Shown piece after piece: positions 24,085 through 37,800 of a stretch of DNA of 64,000 nucleotides (its first letter is position 1; each line of letters starts with the position of its first letter). The stretch spans positions 1,963,935-2,027,934 of the forward strand of contig NMRA01000004.1 in assembly GCA_002633005.1 (NCBI GenBank). The letters are read 5' to 3'. The notes below the pieces were generated by a model. The model was not told the DNA's origin and made no database searches. It saw nothing but the letters and a program-made list of their open reading frames with translations. Source of the DNA: Phoronis australis (taxonomy: Eukaryota; Animalia; Phoronida). The translations under genes were made by a program, and so were the position numbers.

Positions 24085-24306
24085 CCGAGCCCCCCAATTT
24101 GGCGAAGTAGACAGAAAGGTCCGCCTCAGAGAAACGAAAACTCCGAAGTTAAGTAGAAAACGAAACAAAAGTCCACTAAAAAGCAGTAACCACGAAAAGA
24201 CGACGAATGCACAATTCATAGCTCTGAACGTACCCCGTGAATCTTAGTAAAAGGCCCAAATTCTCAAAAATTCAAGCCACAAAATTTTTAAGACTGGGCG
24301 CGCATG
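24085..24306 (-). mobile_element. MITE family B, inverted truncated copy
   Basis: Reverse complement aligns by eye with 21949-22170. Confidence 0.75.
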
Positions 24307-24959
24307 GTTGGAGTTTCCAACATCACAAAATGACGTTTATTGTGCAAAAATGCAAAATGGCTGTAGCGGAGGGGACATTAAAACTACTGTATCATTTTCT
24401 AATAAGCGGCTAAATCGTTTTAAAGTAGTGAGCCTTAGTTGCGATTTTTTCGACAGTATTTTATCGCAGCGATTATAAGCCATATCCAAATGCGAAATGT
24501 CGCATCCATTACAAAAAAGGTAAAAACATTTTATCTTCATAGTTAATGGAGATAAATCCATGATATTCTGTAAACTATTATTGGGGACAAATAAAACAAC
24601 AAGAATAATGTATATTTTAAACTGTAGTGGGAATTTCAGGGTCACAGCTCTACAAATTAATATTTCACAGAAGGAACCAGATGGGTTCCTTAATTACAAG
24701 AGGATAACACACACATTTCCGATACCCAAAGTGTAATTGAGTATCGGATGCTAAGTGGCACAGGTTAGCATAGTACCAAATGGGTACATAATACCAAATT
24801 AATGGGTATTGGCCGATTGCCTACCACCTGGGTCGAGCAAAACGGCAAATTCAATAACAAGTTCCAAGTGGGTACAAACTGCCCAATGGGCAAATATCAT
24901 ATAAAGTACCAAGTGAGTACACCAAACAGCCAACTGGGCTATTCTGTAAAGCAGGGTTC

Positions 24960-25200
24960 CGGACAAGCTGAGTGAGCAGACCAGCCGGAGTGATAAAAGA
25001 GACATTGTAAGGAACGTGGTGTTGTGGCTCAGTATGTGCCGAGAGCTGTGACCGGGGTGGAGAGAAGCAAGCTGCAGTGATGGATGCTCGAGTACAGGTC
25101 GGGTCGCTAGCCAATGACGTCGCTTCTTGCCTGACGGTAACACGCTCCGGGCCTGAAGAAGGTACCAGCAGGGACTGCAAAAACAACAATAACCAACAGC
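24960..25200 (+). mobile_element. Possible Penelope-like element remnant
   Basis: GC-richer block with AGCCAATGACGTC followed by CTGAAGA-AGGTACC-AGCA-GGGACT-GCAAA (decayed hammerhead-like motif at 25153-25185). Confidence 0.3.
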
Positions 25201-26304
25201 AGATTTTGTTCGACAAAAGGGAGAGAGTGTGGGAAAGGTATGAATCGGTGTACTTGAGATTTCGCGGTACCCAGGGTAGGGAGGGTGGGAGAAGTATAAA
25301 ATTGTCTAATAGGAAAACTTACGAGTGAATGTACTGTTGCTTGAGGCTGGGCCAACAGGAAGCTGGAGAGAAAGAACAAACAGCGCTTTCATCGGACTTG
25401 GTAGGAACTAACTAGGAGTTGGATATGCAGCATGAAGGGCTGTATAATGTCATTTGCCCAAATAATAGGATTTATGTCAGTGTGCCATAAATCTCATTAA
25501 ACCACTCTTCCTAAATGTATCAATAAAATAACTTAGACATTTTCATGTTTTGATTTTTATTCACTTAAAATGTAACATAGGGTTCCCAACATAAGGTTTT
25601 AACGATCAGTGTAATATCACAAATCTAATTGCTTTGGTCAAATACAAATTCCTTACGATGCTGGCAGGTCATACGAAGCGGTAACTAACCAAATATAAAA
25701 TACTAATTTTGAAATATTTAGGCTAATATACAAAATAATTGCGCAGTACTCTATCATCACATAAACTGTGCCATTGATTTCATGCTTACAGTAACACCCG
25801 TGTGGCCTGTTTGATGATGTTAATCGATCAACAGCTGTGTTTCTAAACTAATTCTGTTCCCTGCCACAAACATGTCAAATGATCACTCGTGTTCGTTTGG
25901 GTGATCACTTCACAATTTTTAACTGAATGTGCTGATGGGACAAGAAGATAAACATCGGTTTGGGGAGTCATACTGACAAGAAAGCACCCTTTTTGGTAGT
26001 AACCGCGATTAGTGGGTTTTCTGGTAGGTTTCAACTGTAACAAATTGCTTATTTATTGAATTAGCATTGGCTCAACAGCCATTCTAACACAACAGGTCTA
26101 ATAAAACATAGTTTTTCAGTCGTGTTGTGTTGCTAAAACGATATATTTATTTAGTTCCCAACACACATAGTTCACTCTTTCGTAGAAAAATAAAATATCA
26201 GAGTGATACCTTTCCGTTGGGGTATATCGTCATGTAAAACCCTCTAATCTGAGTGTCGCGTCCCACATGTAAAGTACTGCTGTGTATGTGGAACTTTAGT
26301 TTCG

Positions 26305-26551
26305 CATGCGCGCGCCCTGCCTAAAAATGGGAGGGGCTCGAATTTTTGAGAATGCGAACCCTTTACCAAGATACACGGTGAACGTTCAGAAATATAAATT
26401 AAGTATTCGACGAATTTTGGCAGTTGGTGGACTTTTGTCTCGTGTGTTATATTTTTTTTGGAGTTTTTGTTTCTCTGTGGCGGAACCTTTTGCCCCCTTC
26501 GCCAAATGGGGGTGGGGGGGGGCTCTTTCGATCCCTGTGGGTGCGCGCATG
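26305..26551 (+). mobile_element. MITE family B, full copy with 5-bp TSD TTTCG
   Basis: tttcg|CATGCGCGCGCCC...GGGTGCGCGCATG|tttcg. Confidence 0.8.
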
Positions 26552-26760
26552 TTTCGGATCTCATAATCGCTTACCATCATTTTAATAGCACAATGCCCAT
26601 AACATGAAATAATTGACCAAACATCCACGAGTTCTGCAATATAAAGGAGTACGCGAGTACGCAGGAAGCCTACAGAATGTTAAGTCTCTAAATGGTATAT
26701 TAAAACATTTTATAACGTAGGATATTGAAAAACGCCATGAATTTGACTCTAGACTGTTAA

Positions 26761-27153
26761 CTTAAACCCAATATGTTTTCGGTATTCACTAATTAGTTCC
26801 ATCGAAACACAAACCCCGGTGTAAAACAGATATCCCGGAGTCGAAAACAGATTTTAAATCTTTCTACTTTAAATAGTTGTTGTGATGTGTTGCTTTACCA
26901 TATGAGAATTTTAGACAAATTATGACGGATTATCGTTCTACGTCATTCTTCTGCAAAAGTTGTAATACATGTAAGATCTTTTGCGTAGTCGTTCGGCGCC
27001 ATGAAACATCGTGTCACCTATCGGCCAGTTTCTTTTTTCGCAAACTCTTCAATCAACTGTTCTTCTTCCACGATGTTGCACACATGTCACAGCAAATTAA
27101 TCAAAAATGACATTCTAAAGTTAAAATAATGTTTTTGTTTTTCATTTTTGAAA
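26761..27153 (+). repeat. 393-bp near-identical direct copy of 27330-27722, ending at an N gap
   Basis: Offset 569 bp, two mismatches seen, N at 27154. Confidence 0.9.
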
Positions 27154-27329
27154 NGAAGTAAAATTGGAATTGTTGAAAATTAAAAAATACGATTTTTTAA
27201 AAACACGAACTACAAAAAAAAACATTTTTTTGATTTTTGTCACTTTCAGAGTCATGTCTAACTAGATAAAACTCCCTTTTTACTCATTTTAGTTAGGAAC
27301 CTGGAGATTTGATCAGTGTATACACCTAC

Positions 27330-28203
27330 CTTAAACCCAATATGTTTTCGGTATTCACTAATTAGTTCCATCGAAACACAAACCCCTGTGTAAAACAGAT
27401 ATCCCGGAGTCGAAAACAGATTTTAAATCTTTCTACTTTAAATAGTTGTTGTGATGTGTTGCTTTACCATATGAGAATTTTAGACAAATTATGACGGATT
27501 ATCGTTCTACGTCATTCTTCTGCAAAAGTTGTAATACATGTAAGATCTTTTGCGTAGTCGTTCGGCGCCATGAAACATCGTGTCACCTATCGGCCAGTTT
27601 CTTTTTTCGCAAACTCTTCAATCAACTGTTCTTCTTCCACGATGCTGCACACATGTCACAGCAAATTAATCAAAAATGACATTCTAAAGTTAAAATAATG
27701 TTTTTGTTTTTCATTTTTGAAAATATTTTGGGGAAACTATTGAATCCTCTGAAATTAATTAAATATTCACCGAGATAACAGCGAGTTGAGAGTATACATG
27801 TAGACAATGCTGAAATTCGCCCACAGACAACTTGCTCGAGTTTTAACGCTAAAAATCAAATAACAAAGTCATTATAATGTAAATTCTGTTTTATTATTAA
27901 AACTTTTTAACAAACATATGCAGAAAGCAACTGGAACGTACTTGAAGATGCTTTAACCCAAAGTTTGAAGCTATTGACAACGGTCCCAGAAAAATTTGAA
28001 AAGTTGTCGGTGTTTCCTGTCTGATCCCCGACATTCCTTTTCTAAAGGTCAGAGGTCGTGCTTTTTCAGGATGCTTAGCTCTTTGAAGGTGCGGGAGTCT
28101 GTTTTCGACTCCGAGATACCTGTTTTACACCGGGGGGTTCTCTTTCGATGGAACACCCTGAATAAATAACACTTAATTAAGAATGTCTTGCAGAATGTTT
28201 AAG
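27330..28203. mobile_element. Non-autonomous DNA transposon with CTTAAAC...GTTTAAG ends and subterminal inverted repeats
   Basis: GTTCCATCGAAA...GTGTAAAACAGATATCCCGGAGTCGAAAACAGA (27365-27420) is inverted at ~28098-28154. Confidence 0.65.
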
Positions 28204-29433
28204 TTTGTTAGTCTTTAAATCACAAACAAATTAATTTATTGAATTATCCTCCCGTTACTCGTAAAATACTATGAAAGCGCTTGGAATTACACGAGTCAGT
28301 CGTTCATTTTGTGCGAGAAGAGTAGCGATTCAACGCGCTAACTGCGGCGTATGGTCTTTCTTTTTATGCTCTATATAGATGTCAGCATGAAATTCATTTT
28401 TTTTACCACAAGCCACAGCGAAGATAATTTGGCAATATTCAGATTAGTTTTGTTTCATTGCATTCAGCATAATTAAGATTGATTTCATAACGTTAACGAG
28501 ACCACGGAGATCCATTAATCTCTACCGCGGCAGCGGAAGCAATTGTGCTATAAAACTTCAATTACAAACAGCCCATGCGTGATTTGCCTTTTCGAATGAC
28601 AGAATGAAAATAATCATTCAACCATTAGCTACATTGAATGAGGGAACGTAAATTACTTCAGACAAGCACTCTCATCTCAATAATTAGTGGCGAAAAACAA
28701 AATCCTTCCTGGAATTTATGTATATACCAAAGCCCGGAGTCTAATCTTTGTACCAGAAATGGAACTCGGAATTATTTTTGACGTTTCTATGGAGACCAAT
28801 AATTCTGAGCTCGAGTAAATAATGGTTTATGAAGCTGAGTGCATAATCCAAGTTTGCACTTGATGACCCCTAGATCTGGGCAGCAAACTCGTGTAAAACT
28901 CAAGATTTCGAGTAAAGACTTAAAAGGGTAGTACGAACTAGGATTAGTCATGCATGTACACACAATTTAGAAAAACAGTCCTTGATCTTGAGTTCGCACA
29001 GCAGCAGAAAGGAAAATGTCAAACATTATTTAGAGTTCGATTTCGAGTACAAATATTAAACACCGGGCTCAGAAGTTTCAAGAGAGCTTTAAGACAGCTA
29101 GTACAAAAATAGTCTACACAACAACTTAATAATGAAACTATTTTAAGGATATGGACGGCCTTATCAGCAAGTCTGGGCCATTGGTCAAATTGTTAATTAC
29201 TACATATTAAATTAACTCTGTAAAAGAAAACATTTTCTGAAAACAGAAACGAAGCTAGACAGTGATCACCAGGGGACATTAGGACAATACGTTTCCTCAG
29301 TGCAACCGATTGCAGACCCAAGATGCGGGTCTATTGTCGGAAGGTTTACGCCACCTTGTATTGTTTCATGGTTAATAAATACACACCAGGGTAATAGTAA
29401 TTAACCCTGAAATTGGTATTTCAAAGATAACCC

Positions 29434-29518
29434 GCCTTGTGTTCAGTAACGCTAGGGCCTCGCTAAAAAGCAAGACTTCACGTCCTAGCGTACAACTGTA
29501 GGTCCTAGCGTTACTCAA
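29434..29518. mobile_element. MITE family A, internally deleted copy
   Basis: GTTCAGTAACGCTAGGGCCTCGCTAAAAAGCAAGACTTC...AGGTCCTAGCGTTACT. Confidence 0.7.
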
Positions 29519-30782
29519 AGCTCCCCAGGGATGTGGATTTTACTACCACTCACCTCGTCAGAAACGAGAAAGAAAACAAGTCTCGTCCTCTTAAAGGATT
29601 AGTTCTCTTCCACGTATAATTTTTCAAGTTTGAGTGAAAAGTATCCAAGAATCTATACGAAAGAATTTCAAGCACATTTTAATTACTTCATTCCTCATGT
29701 TTGAGTTATTAACGCGTTCGTAATTCAAACAATCTGTATCAAAAATTAGAACAAGATCCAAATCTCCATATAGTGTGGCAAAAACATCTAAAATGTGCTA
29801 AATTTTTTAGCACGGTTCTGTTACACATGTTTGTAGAAAGTTGGACTGTCTTCATTTGACCCATCGTATATATTTATGAGTCAAATGCAATTTTTCTAAT
29901 AAGGAGGTTAACTAGTAGGTTATTAGAAAATTTACCACTGGCTCAGGCCCAGGTGCATGCAGGCCAGTGAATAGAAAGCTCAATATAACAAGATGAATAG
30001 GTCGACTACTCATGTTGCTAAACTGACAGTAACTACACAGAAATGGTCCCCGTCCCAAAGAGGCCGTGATTTATATTCCAGTACAGCCAATGCATATAAT
30101 ACAAATCTGAGCCACTAGAACAGCAAAACACAAATACTATTTACAGAGAGAAAAAACATCAAAGAATACTATAGTGTTGATTAATTAACTAATTGACCAA
30201 AGCGCCTAGTACTAATGGTCATTAACGCATGACATGTTTAGCTACAAATTTTGCTTTCATTTAGATGTTGTGAGATGTACGCTACTATGGGACTGCACTC
30301 AGTAACTGAGAGTAACAGACATCTATATGTATGTCGCAGTACAGATTTTTTAAAATCTTATGGTAAACATGTTAACCACATCTCGTGTGTATTCTCATAT
30401 TATATATTCGTATTTCTGGTTGAATGAATTGCTTTCGGTCTGTCTCTCTTTCTCTGGCTCTCTGTGTGATTGAAGTCGATATCTCTGAAAATGCCGGAAC
30501 ATGCATGGTCAGGAATTTCCCAGGGGGCAAAGTATCCCATTTGCTTGGGTAATGTGGGGATACACTTGCAAAACCATAGTGGTGAGCAGACGATGTGCGT
30601 CAACTACAGATTTGAACAGCATTATCCATTTGAGTTGATATTTTATAGAAATAGTGTTTATTTACTAAACAATTTCTTCATTTCTTATTGAAAAAATAAT
30701 CTAATTACTTTTATAACAGCAAGGGTTTACTCAGAGTTTTGTATTTTGACAGACGGAAACGGCACCAATTTGAGCTGACGTG

Positions 30783-31100
30783 CGGGGGGGGGTTACTTTG
30801 CCATTTTGACGGGGTGTGACGCCCTTTTAAATAGACAAGAGGATTGGAGGAAGTAAGAACCCAATTAAGAGCACCAACCGAAGATTAGTGTAAACAACCT
30901 GCTTTGACATGTAACTGGTAGTAAACTGGATAATCAAAGCTGAAGCCCTTCTATCGAATTTTGTTGTAAAACACCGGCTTTTGATAAGGTTTTAATATAG
31001 AAACTGGACCATTTCACAGGAAATCTGGCTTTGAAAAATCAACCCGTCTTATGGGCACGCTCATGTACACCTAACTAAGGCTTACATGGTAGTATTCCGA
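30783..31100. mobile_element. Probable CCCGGGGG-type MITE remnant
   Basis: CGGGGGGGGGTTACT start and ...GTACACCTAACTAAGG...AGTATTCCG end, typical of a widespread invertebrate MITE type. Confidence 0.4.
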
Positions 31101-31704
31101 CACCGCGGTTTTGTTCTGGTGATGCAATTATTCTCAAAACAGTATTATGCATGAAACTGTGAGTTCTTTACAAAAGAACTTCTGATTGAATTAACTGTAA
31201 TTTTCTTTAAAATGATACCAAGCCCTGTTTTGGCCTATTAACAGATATCAAAAACAACTTTCTCATCCAGCTCTATGAAACATAGTAGTGCCGTTGAACC
31301 ATCGATAATACTCAAGAGTTTGGAGCAAAAATTGAAAACTCCTCACAAAATCTTGTAAACGAGCCAGTGTGAGCTACGCATTGGGGCAAGTTACACAACT
31401 GTAGGGAAAGAAAAAAAATCTATGGCTTATGTTTTGTGCGAACCAAAATTCTGGGTTAAGCTAAACTGATTATTGACACTTATTGTTGCAAACAGTGGTA
31501 GCCCGAGGTCTGGCCATTGGAGTCAATGTTGGGCATTAGTCTGTATTTAGCGACTAAAAAGTTGAAATCTTTACGAATTTATTTTCTGTGGATGAAAATA
31601 TTGTGACATTTCATTTCAATATTTTCTTTTACTGAAGAATCCAATAATCAATTTAATGCAGGAATATAACTTAACAAATACGACGTATCTGTGGCAAACA
31701 TACT

Positions 31705-31912
31705 AGCAGTATCACTGGCTAAAACGACTGCGAAAACACTAGCGTTGTGAGCCTGATAGACGAACTGTCAGCGAAGGGGTCATTTTCATCAGTACTACTT
31801 TTCCTAAAATGCAACCAGTTTCACTGGATAAAACGATAGTGAAATACTAACGTTCTAGCCAGACAGACGAGCGAGGTCCACGAAGGGTTCATTTTGCCAG
31901 TAGCTACTTTGC
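31705..31912. repeat. Diverged ~110-bp tandem duplication
   Basis: CAGTATCACTGGCTAAAACGA...CGAAGGGGTCATTTT...CAGTACTACTTT occurs twice with substitutions. Confidence 0.7.
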
Positions 31913-32539
31913 TTCCATGCTACCCGTGTCGCTTTCGTGCCAAAGGTCTAGCGTTTAGCAAGCGTATGAACTGAATGAGTTTTTCGTGAAACCGAAACTT
32001 TTGATCCCTATGCCGCGCAGCGTCATCTCTTGTACGAATCGCCATGCACGCACACAGGATAATTATGTTCACATTGGGGTTTCTTTCGTAGCAAGAGTGG
32101 GTGTTGCACATTGCAAATCTCTTCACTCGATTGCCGAAACCGGCGCACAAGTGCCTGCGCGTGTGGGAACAACTAAATTCTGACTTACAGCGTGGCGTTT
32201 CCTATAATGCCGTCAGAGATTTTTGTAAAATGTCAAAATGGAAGAAAAACGTTGCAACACTTGAAACGAAAGCCAACTACTGGGAAAGTAGTCATCTGAA
32301 AGTTATATGAGGATTTATTGCAATTAGTTACACCTCTTAGTTCGGTTCTGAAAACTGGCGTGTGTATGTAGATAAACAGATCTGTGCAGCATCGAGTTAT
32401 GTTTGCCTCCCCAATCCACACATAATTGCATGGATTTGTGTGATGATACGACGGTTGAGAAGGCAATTGTGTAATTACAGAACTAATGAAGGTCTCAAAG
32501 AAGAACCTGTTCATGATAGGGCTCGACATGACTAAATGT

Positions 32540-32740
32540 CTATAGCCCAAGCTTACTGGGAAGGCGATGAAGACTTGCAATTTACGTTTAGTGCTAGTCA
32601 GAAGGAAGATTAACCCACATTTTGCTTTTAGAGTAGATGGGGAAGAGATAATCTTGGTTTGCGACAATTCAGTGAAATATCTGGGGAATTATTATAACCG
32701 CGCACTGAAGTATATCGACCATGTCAAGGCAAAACTGAAC
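32540..32740 (+). mobile_element. Decayed non-LTR reverse transcriptase fragment (R2/HERO-like)
   Basis: LVLVRRKINPHFAFRVDGEEIILVCDNSVKYLGNYYNRALK resembles the RT domain 6-7 (KYLG) region. Confidence 0.5.
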
Positions 32741-34314
32741 AGCTTTAGGGCTGTAGCGGGTACCCAAAATAATCGAGAACCGCGGTCCAGAGTTGTAAGC
32801 ACAGTTCCGGTCTACGAATCTTAATTTTCGATTCGGTTCCGATAAGCACCATCTTACGGCTGGCATATGTAGTAACGGAGAAAATACGTCGTCACTCTCA
32901 ACTTCTGATTTAATTGTTAACGGACCACTAGATGTGGTTTTTAGCGAGTAAAACCTATCGGGCAACAGGGCTTAAACATTTCCCAGTCCACTTATGTTGC
33001 ATCTGAATGGTATCTGTTGCAGGTGAGCGTGTGTTTTCTACGGCCGAGAAACTCGTCTCTGCTCAGAGTCTGCCTTGTAACAGACCAGACCAGGTTGACA
33101 TGTTGATTTTGAGAGTAAAAAGCATATTTAAGGTGGTTAACAGTATCAATCTATAAGACGTCGCACCTCCTCAATGTGAATGTAGTTTTCCAGTTACTGG
33201 TATTCAAAATCTGTTAGTGTTTTTTTTTTTTTNGGCAGCGAGTATAGGGAAATACTTTCGACTTGTTTTTATCTATAAAAATAGTTAAGCTTCAAAATAA
33301 TTTAGTTTTGATATTTTGGAACAATTTCTGATGTAAAATATAAGCTTCTGTTGCATTTTAAGAAAATAGAATAAAACTAGTTTTTGAGAGGAACACAAAC
33401 TATATTCTTATCGGATTTTTGGATATAAAATCACATTAGAAACGTCTAGAAATGAATCGTGATAACTGAAGCTAAAATGGAACCGAACCGAAGCAACAAA
33501 AAGTGGTCAGGAACCTTTGCAGCTCTGGACAGCTTAAATGGGAGTCTATTGAAGATCGAGAGGTGCGGACTGCCTGGGCGTTTCACGGTATTTTTTCACT
33601 TTGGACTATTCCCCAAAGTGATGTTGCCTTAAACTTTAAACGACCCACCTACTACAGCGACTGTAAAGACGGAATTATTGTCAGTCACTGGCTACTGAAG
33701 ATATTGCCTTATTTGGTAAATATTTCATGTCTTTAAACGAGAGTAACCCGGGCTTGAGATAAAGTATTTTAAGGAATCAGGGTTTCTGGGCGGTCTGGGA
33801 CAGAATTCACAGCAGGCGAAATATTTTACAGTATAATGCTGCTGTCGGGGCAAAAAGCAAGGGACAGTATTACAACACAAAACATATAACGAGGAAGACA
33901 TTGCCAGAAAGAGACAACTATACAATAAATAAAACGAAATGAGGAGTTAAAAACCTAACAACGTTTTTGAGTTGTCACCATGAATATCTATATCAAACGA
34001 AATTTGGACATGCAGTTGTAACCGCATTTTTGTTATGAATTTACCTTTCTTGTTTGATAAATTTTAGTGAAAAACATTGCCACGTGACCCAAAATGAGAG
34101 ATTGGTATGAAGAAAAACTTCAAATTCTACAGATTTTCTTACTTCAGAAAACACATAATTTAGAACTGAGTTAAAATTTGAAGTTTTTCTTATTTTTGGA
34201 TAAATACACAGCCTTATCGATACGGTCCCACTTAACCTGAATCACTGTTAACAGCTTATTATTTTAAATGACATATTCTTATTAAAAGCAAAAGTTCATT
34301 TTCCAGCCTCAGAA

Positions 34315-34800
34315 ATGGGGCCGCCTATACTAATATGGGCTACCCCGATAGAAAAACGCCAAGACCAGGGCCAGCGATAATAACCAAAGGGGCCTCGATT
34401 TTGACCGCTGTCAGGTGGGAAGATCCATATTTGGTTTAAGAGCTCCGCTTTTTGACCACCATCAGTTGGGAATCTCTATATCTATGTAGTCCCTCAGCAT
34501 TTGAAGCTTAAAAGTGGAATGTGAGTGTGCCTATGTCCTTTTCATAAGAATAAGTCGAAACATTTTCGAGCCTCACATGTGGGACCCTTTATTAAAATAT
34601 GCGTCCCGCTCCAAGAACTCCAAGAGCGGTGGCCTCTATACTAATATAAGGGACTCGGATTTTGGCTGCCTTTAGATTGTATCCCCTACGTCAATATAGA
34701 GAGCACCGCTTTTTGGACGTCTTCAGGTGGGCCCCTTATATCAATTTAGGATCCTCACTTCTTTACCGCCTTCAGGCGGGGCCCCTATATTAAAATCGTT
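34315..34800. repeat. Degenerate ~50-bp minisatellite
   Basis: Recurring TTTTG..C..TCAGGTGGG..CCCTATA.TAATAT motif, several copies. Confidence 0.6.
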
Positions 34801-37800
34801 AGCCCCACTTATGGAGCTATGAAATGGATTTCTTACTTGTGTCATGTTAGTAAGAATAAAGCATTCAAAATGATAAGCCGTTTGTATCACAGAATATGGC
34901 TCTCGATGTGTGATCTTCAGTGCCCGGTTGCACGAAACAATATTCCCAAATAGAGACACAATCGTTTGAGTATTTCTTTCGTTCTTTACTCACAGATGAT
35001 GTTTTCCTATCATTTTGTCGTTATTGTGAGCTCTTTGACTTAAATGGCATTTCTAATAAAATAACTAAAAACTGAGCCCTTGAGTCAGTCAAATTACTTA
35101 GACACTTAGTCCTTAAATTAGGGGCGTTGTATGGGATAGGTCCCTATTTATTTTCAATAATATTAATCGGTAAATAAAACAACAAGAATGGATCAACTGA
35201 AATTTTCGGATGTAATAACTTCTTTTGTCAACAGAAACAGAAATAATATTAATAATTCAACGAAGAGCTGACTAGTAATGATAAACAAACAGCATAAGAA
35301 AGTAAACCAGCGTTTTCTCAAGCCCACTAATACGCAGTAGATTTAGGGAACTTAACTGGGTCCCTATTTGGGACTATTTCATGCAACCGGTCACTGATCC
35401 CCACAGTTGTCGTTTAAGGACGTTATTGAGGAGCGTTAACTCAAAGTCAATTACCAGAAAAACTGGGCTGTGTCAACCAGAAATAGTATATATATTACCA
35501 ACCCAACGCAAGTATAGCAAAATTTATCATTTCGGTGCTATTTTTGGTTAGATGTCGCTTGACAAAAAGGTTTTGAAATCACACAGCTTTCTCACAACTG
35601 GTCCACTCAAAATAATTTATGCGCCAACAATTCGCTAAAAACCATAGGCTCTGATAGATTCTGAACTGGTACTGCCAGTTGAGAACAAGAAGTGTTTCTA
35701 CGCCATCTTTCATCGAGAACTCGGCATTCCGAAGATACATTATCTATAGTACGGAGCGGTGTAAAGCCATTCTAAATGTAAAAAAGCATCCTTATTGAAA
35801 ATCTGCTAGTGTAATATCTTATGCAAGTTTGCTGGTGGTGAAAGTGCCACCTGGTGTAGAAAAAGGAATGACACGGCTTCAAGCAGTACTTTACTTGTTC
35901 GTGCATGTCTTATTAAAGTTAAGACAGTGTCAGTGATTTAATGAGAAACAAGAAAATCAGTGCTCTTTGCCTGGTACTGGATTGCGTTAGTGCATTTAGA
36001 GATAAAAGAAGGGCCACTCATTCAAAGCCGGTAACGAATTCAAAGTTCCATAACGCAATTAAGCGACTTGTCGATTGGGATGTGGTTTATTGTGAGTGAT
36101 CTGTGTCGTGAGTCTAAGAAGATGCTGCTCGTGCTAACACGCGACACAAGATGGTAACAAAAGAGGGACTGCTCACTGATAAAATTGAAATTGACCTTGG
36201 TCGACATTCAATGCTAGTCTGCACAAAGGTTGGATACTTATTAACGAGTAAGTAAGTAAGTTTTAGTTACTATCTTTCAATGAAAAATCAATGGAAATTA
36301 GTACTCAATGCATACAAGTAATTACCTAGAAGCTGGATTTATCGTAATACCTTACCCTCAAAATATAGATATGGATACCTAGTTTGTTCAGTTATATGAA
36401 ATAGTCAGCGAAATATTGTGAAATAACAAAAATGCGATAATTGTGGTACTAATTTCCATAAAAAGCACAAGTGGGACATTTTTCAACTTGTTAACATCAA
36501 TGTCAATTGTCCCCACCAAACTTCCTTCAGGAAAAAAGCAATTTAGAAATTGATGTCTGGAGGTTCACGGGATGTCATTTTCCGACTAGAAAAATGTATG
36601 AAATTGTAACAGCTTGTGACAGCAATATTTCGCGGGACTAGCCTCGAAAGCTTGCACTGGGAAGTTCCGGTTGACTGCTCGACTGAGTTTGATAGAGGTT
36701 TGCAGTTTTCAAATCTAGCCTAATTTCATTGCTTCATTCTCATTTTGTCACTTCTGTTCACCAAGTAAGAAGTTTTGAGGTACAGTTCCAGACTACCACT
36801 GATTTCTCGGCAACACCAAACCCGACTGGTCATTACTTATACGCACCAACAGGTGGCACTGGCTGGATGCTGGAAAGGTCTGGCGTCTGCCATCTTTTCA
36901 GCTCCAGTCTTGGAGCCACGTTCGACAACCTATCAAACGTCATGTAAGGAGTTTTTCAACAAGAGTTTTTGGGTGTTAAAATCCTGTTTTTTACGAAAGA
37001 GAAGTGAAGTTTGGGTTCTGAGTGTTTGTTACGCAATTATAAATGAAAAGTATAGATCCAACTAGAGTAACTTTCAAAAAACTACTCGTTTATTTATTTA
37101 CATAGCTAGTTGTGTGGATATTTATGCATGTATATATTATTCCTGTTTTCAATTGTGTCTGTAAAATGACCAGTATTGATATCTGTAGTATTTACCTATA
37201 CCCGTGAAATAAAAGTTACAAAATGAAAAGCTCACCATGTAAAGGAATCCAAGCCAATACTTTGAGTTACTGACTGTGTACATTGTACATGGCAGTTCTC
37301 ACGATCTTGGTGGACTGTCTCACTTTTTGATTTATTTTTTGCCATCCTGCCGCACTATCGAAATATCCTGCTTTTCGACACACGCCTTTGACATATTATC
37401 ACTTACTAGTGTAGTTTCACACGCAGTTACCACTTCCAATTAAAATCAAAAGTCGTCGAACGATTTTGAGTGTTAAGTCTTCCGTTCGACAAAAAACGGC
37501 ATCGGGACATATTTGTGTCAGTGTGGCAGCGAACACTTCACCATTTCGTTTTGGCATAGACCCAGATGTCTCGCCTTTTATCCGCAAGTCCCGCTTTTCA
37601 ATCCAGTTTACCTGCTGTCGAATGTTGACCGTGACGACTATGCAACAGGTGCTCAAAATAACATTGTCTCTTCGTTATGAATATTGTCATTTTTCAGAGT
37701 TCAATTTCTTTAGTAAAATATCAATCTTAAAACGTGTTCCAATGCCTCTTGTTTACGGAAACATACACTACATGTATCGCAATCACTAATTTTACTTTCT

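Noticed and set aside
26922-27679. Two near-identical 62-aa ORFs as duplicated genes
   Set aside because: They fall inside a duplicated non-autonomous transposon end and show no protein-like features.
37230-37700. Possible decayed C-type lectin-like exon on the minus strand
   Set aside because: Only scattered Trp/Cys residues with multiple stops and no diagnostic motif.
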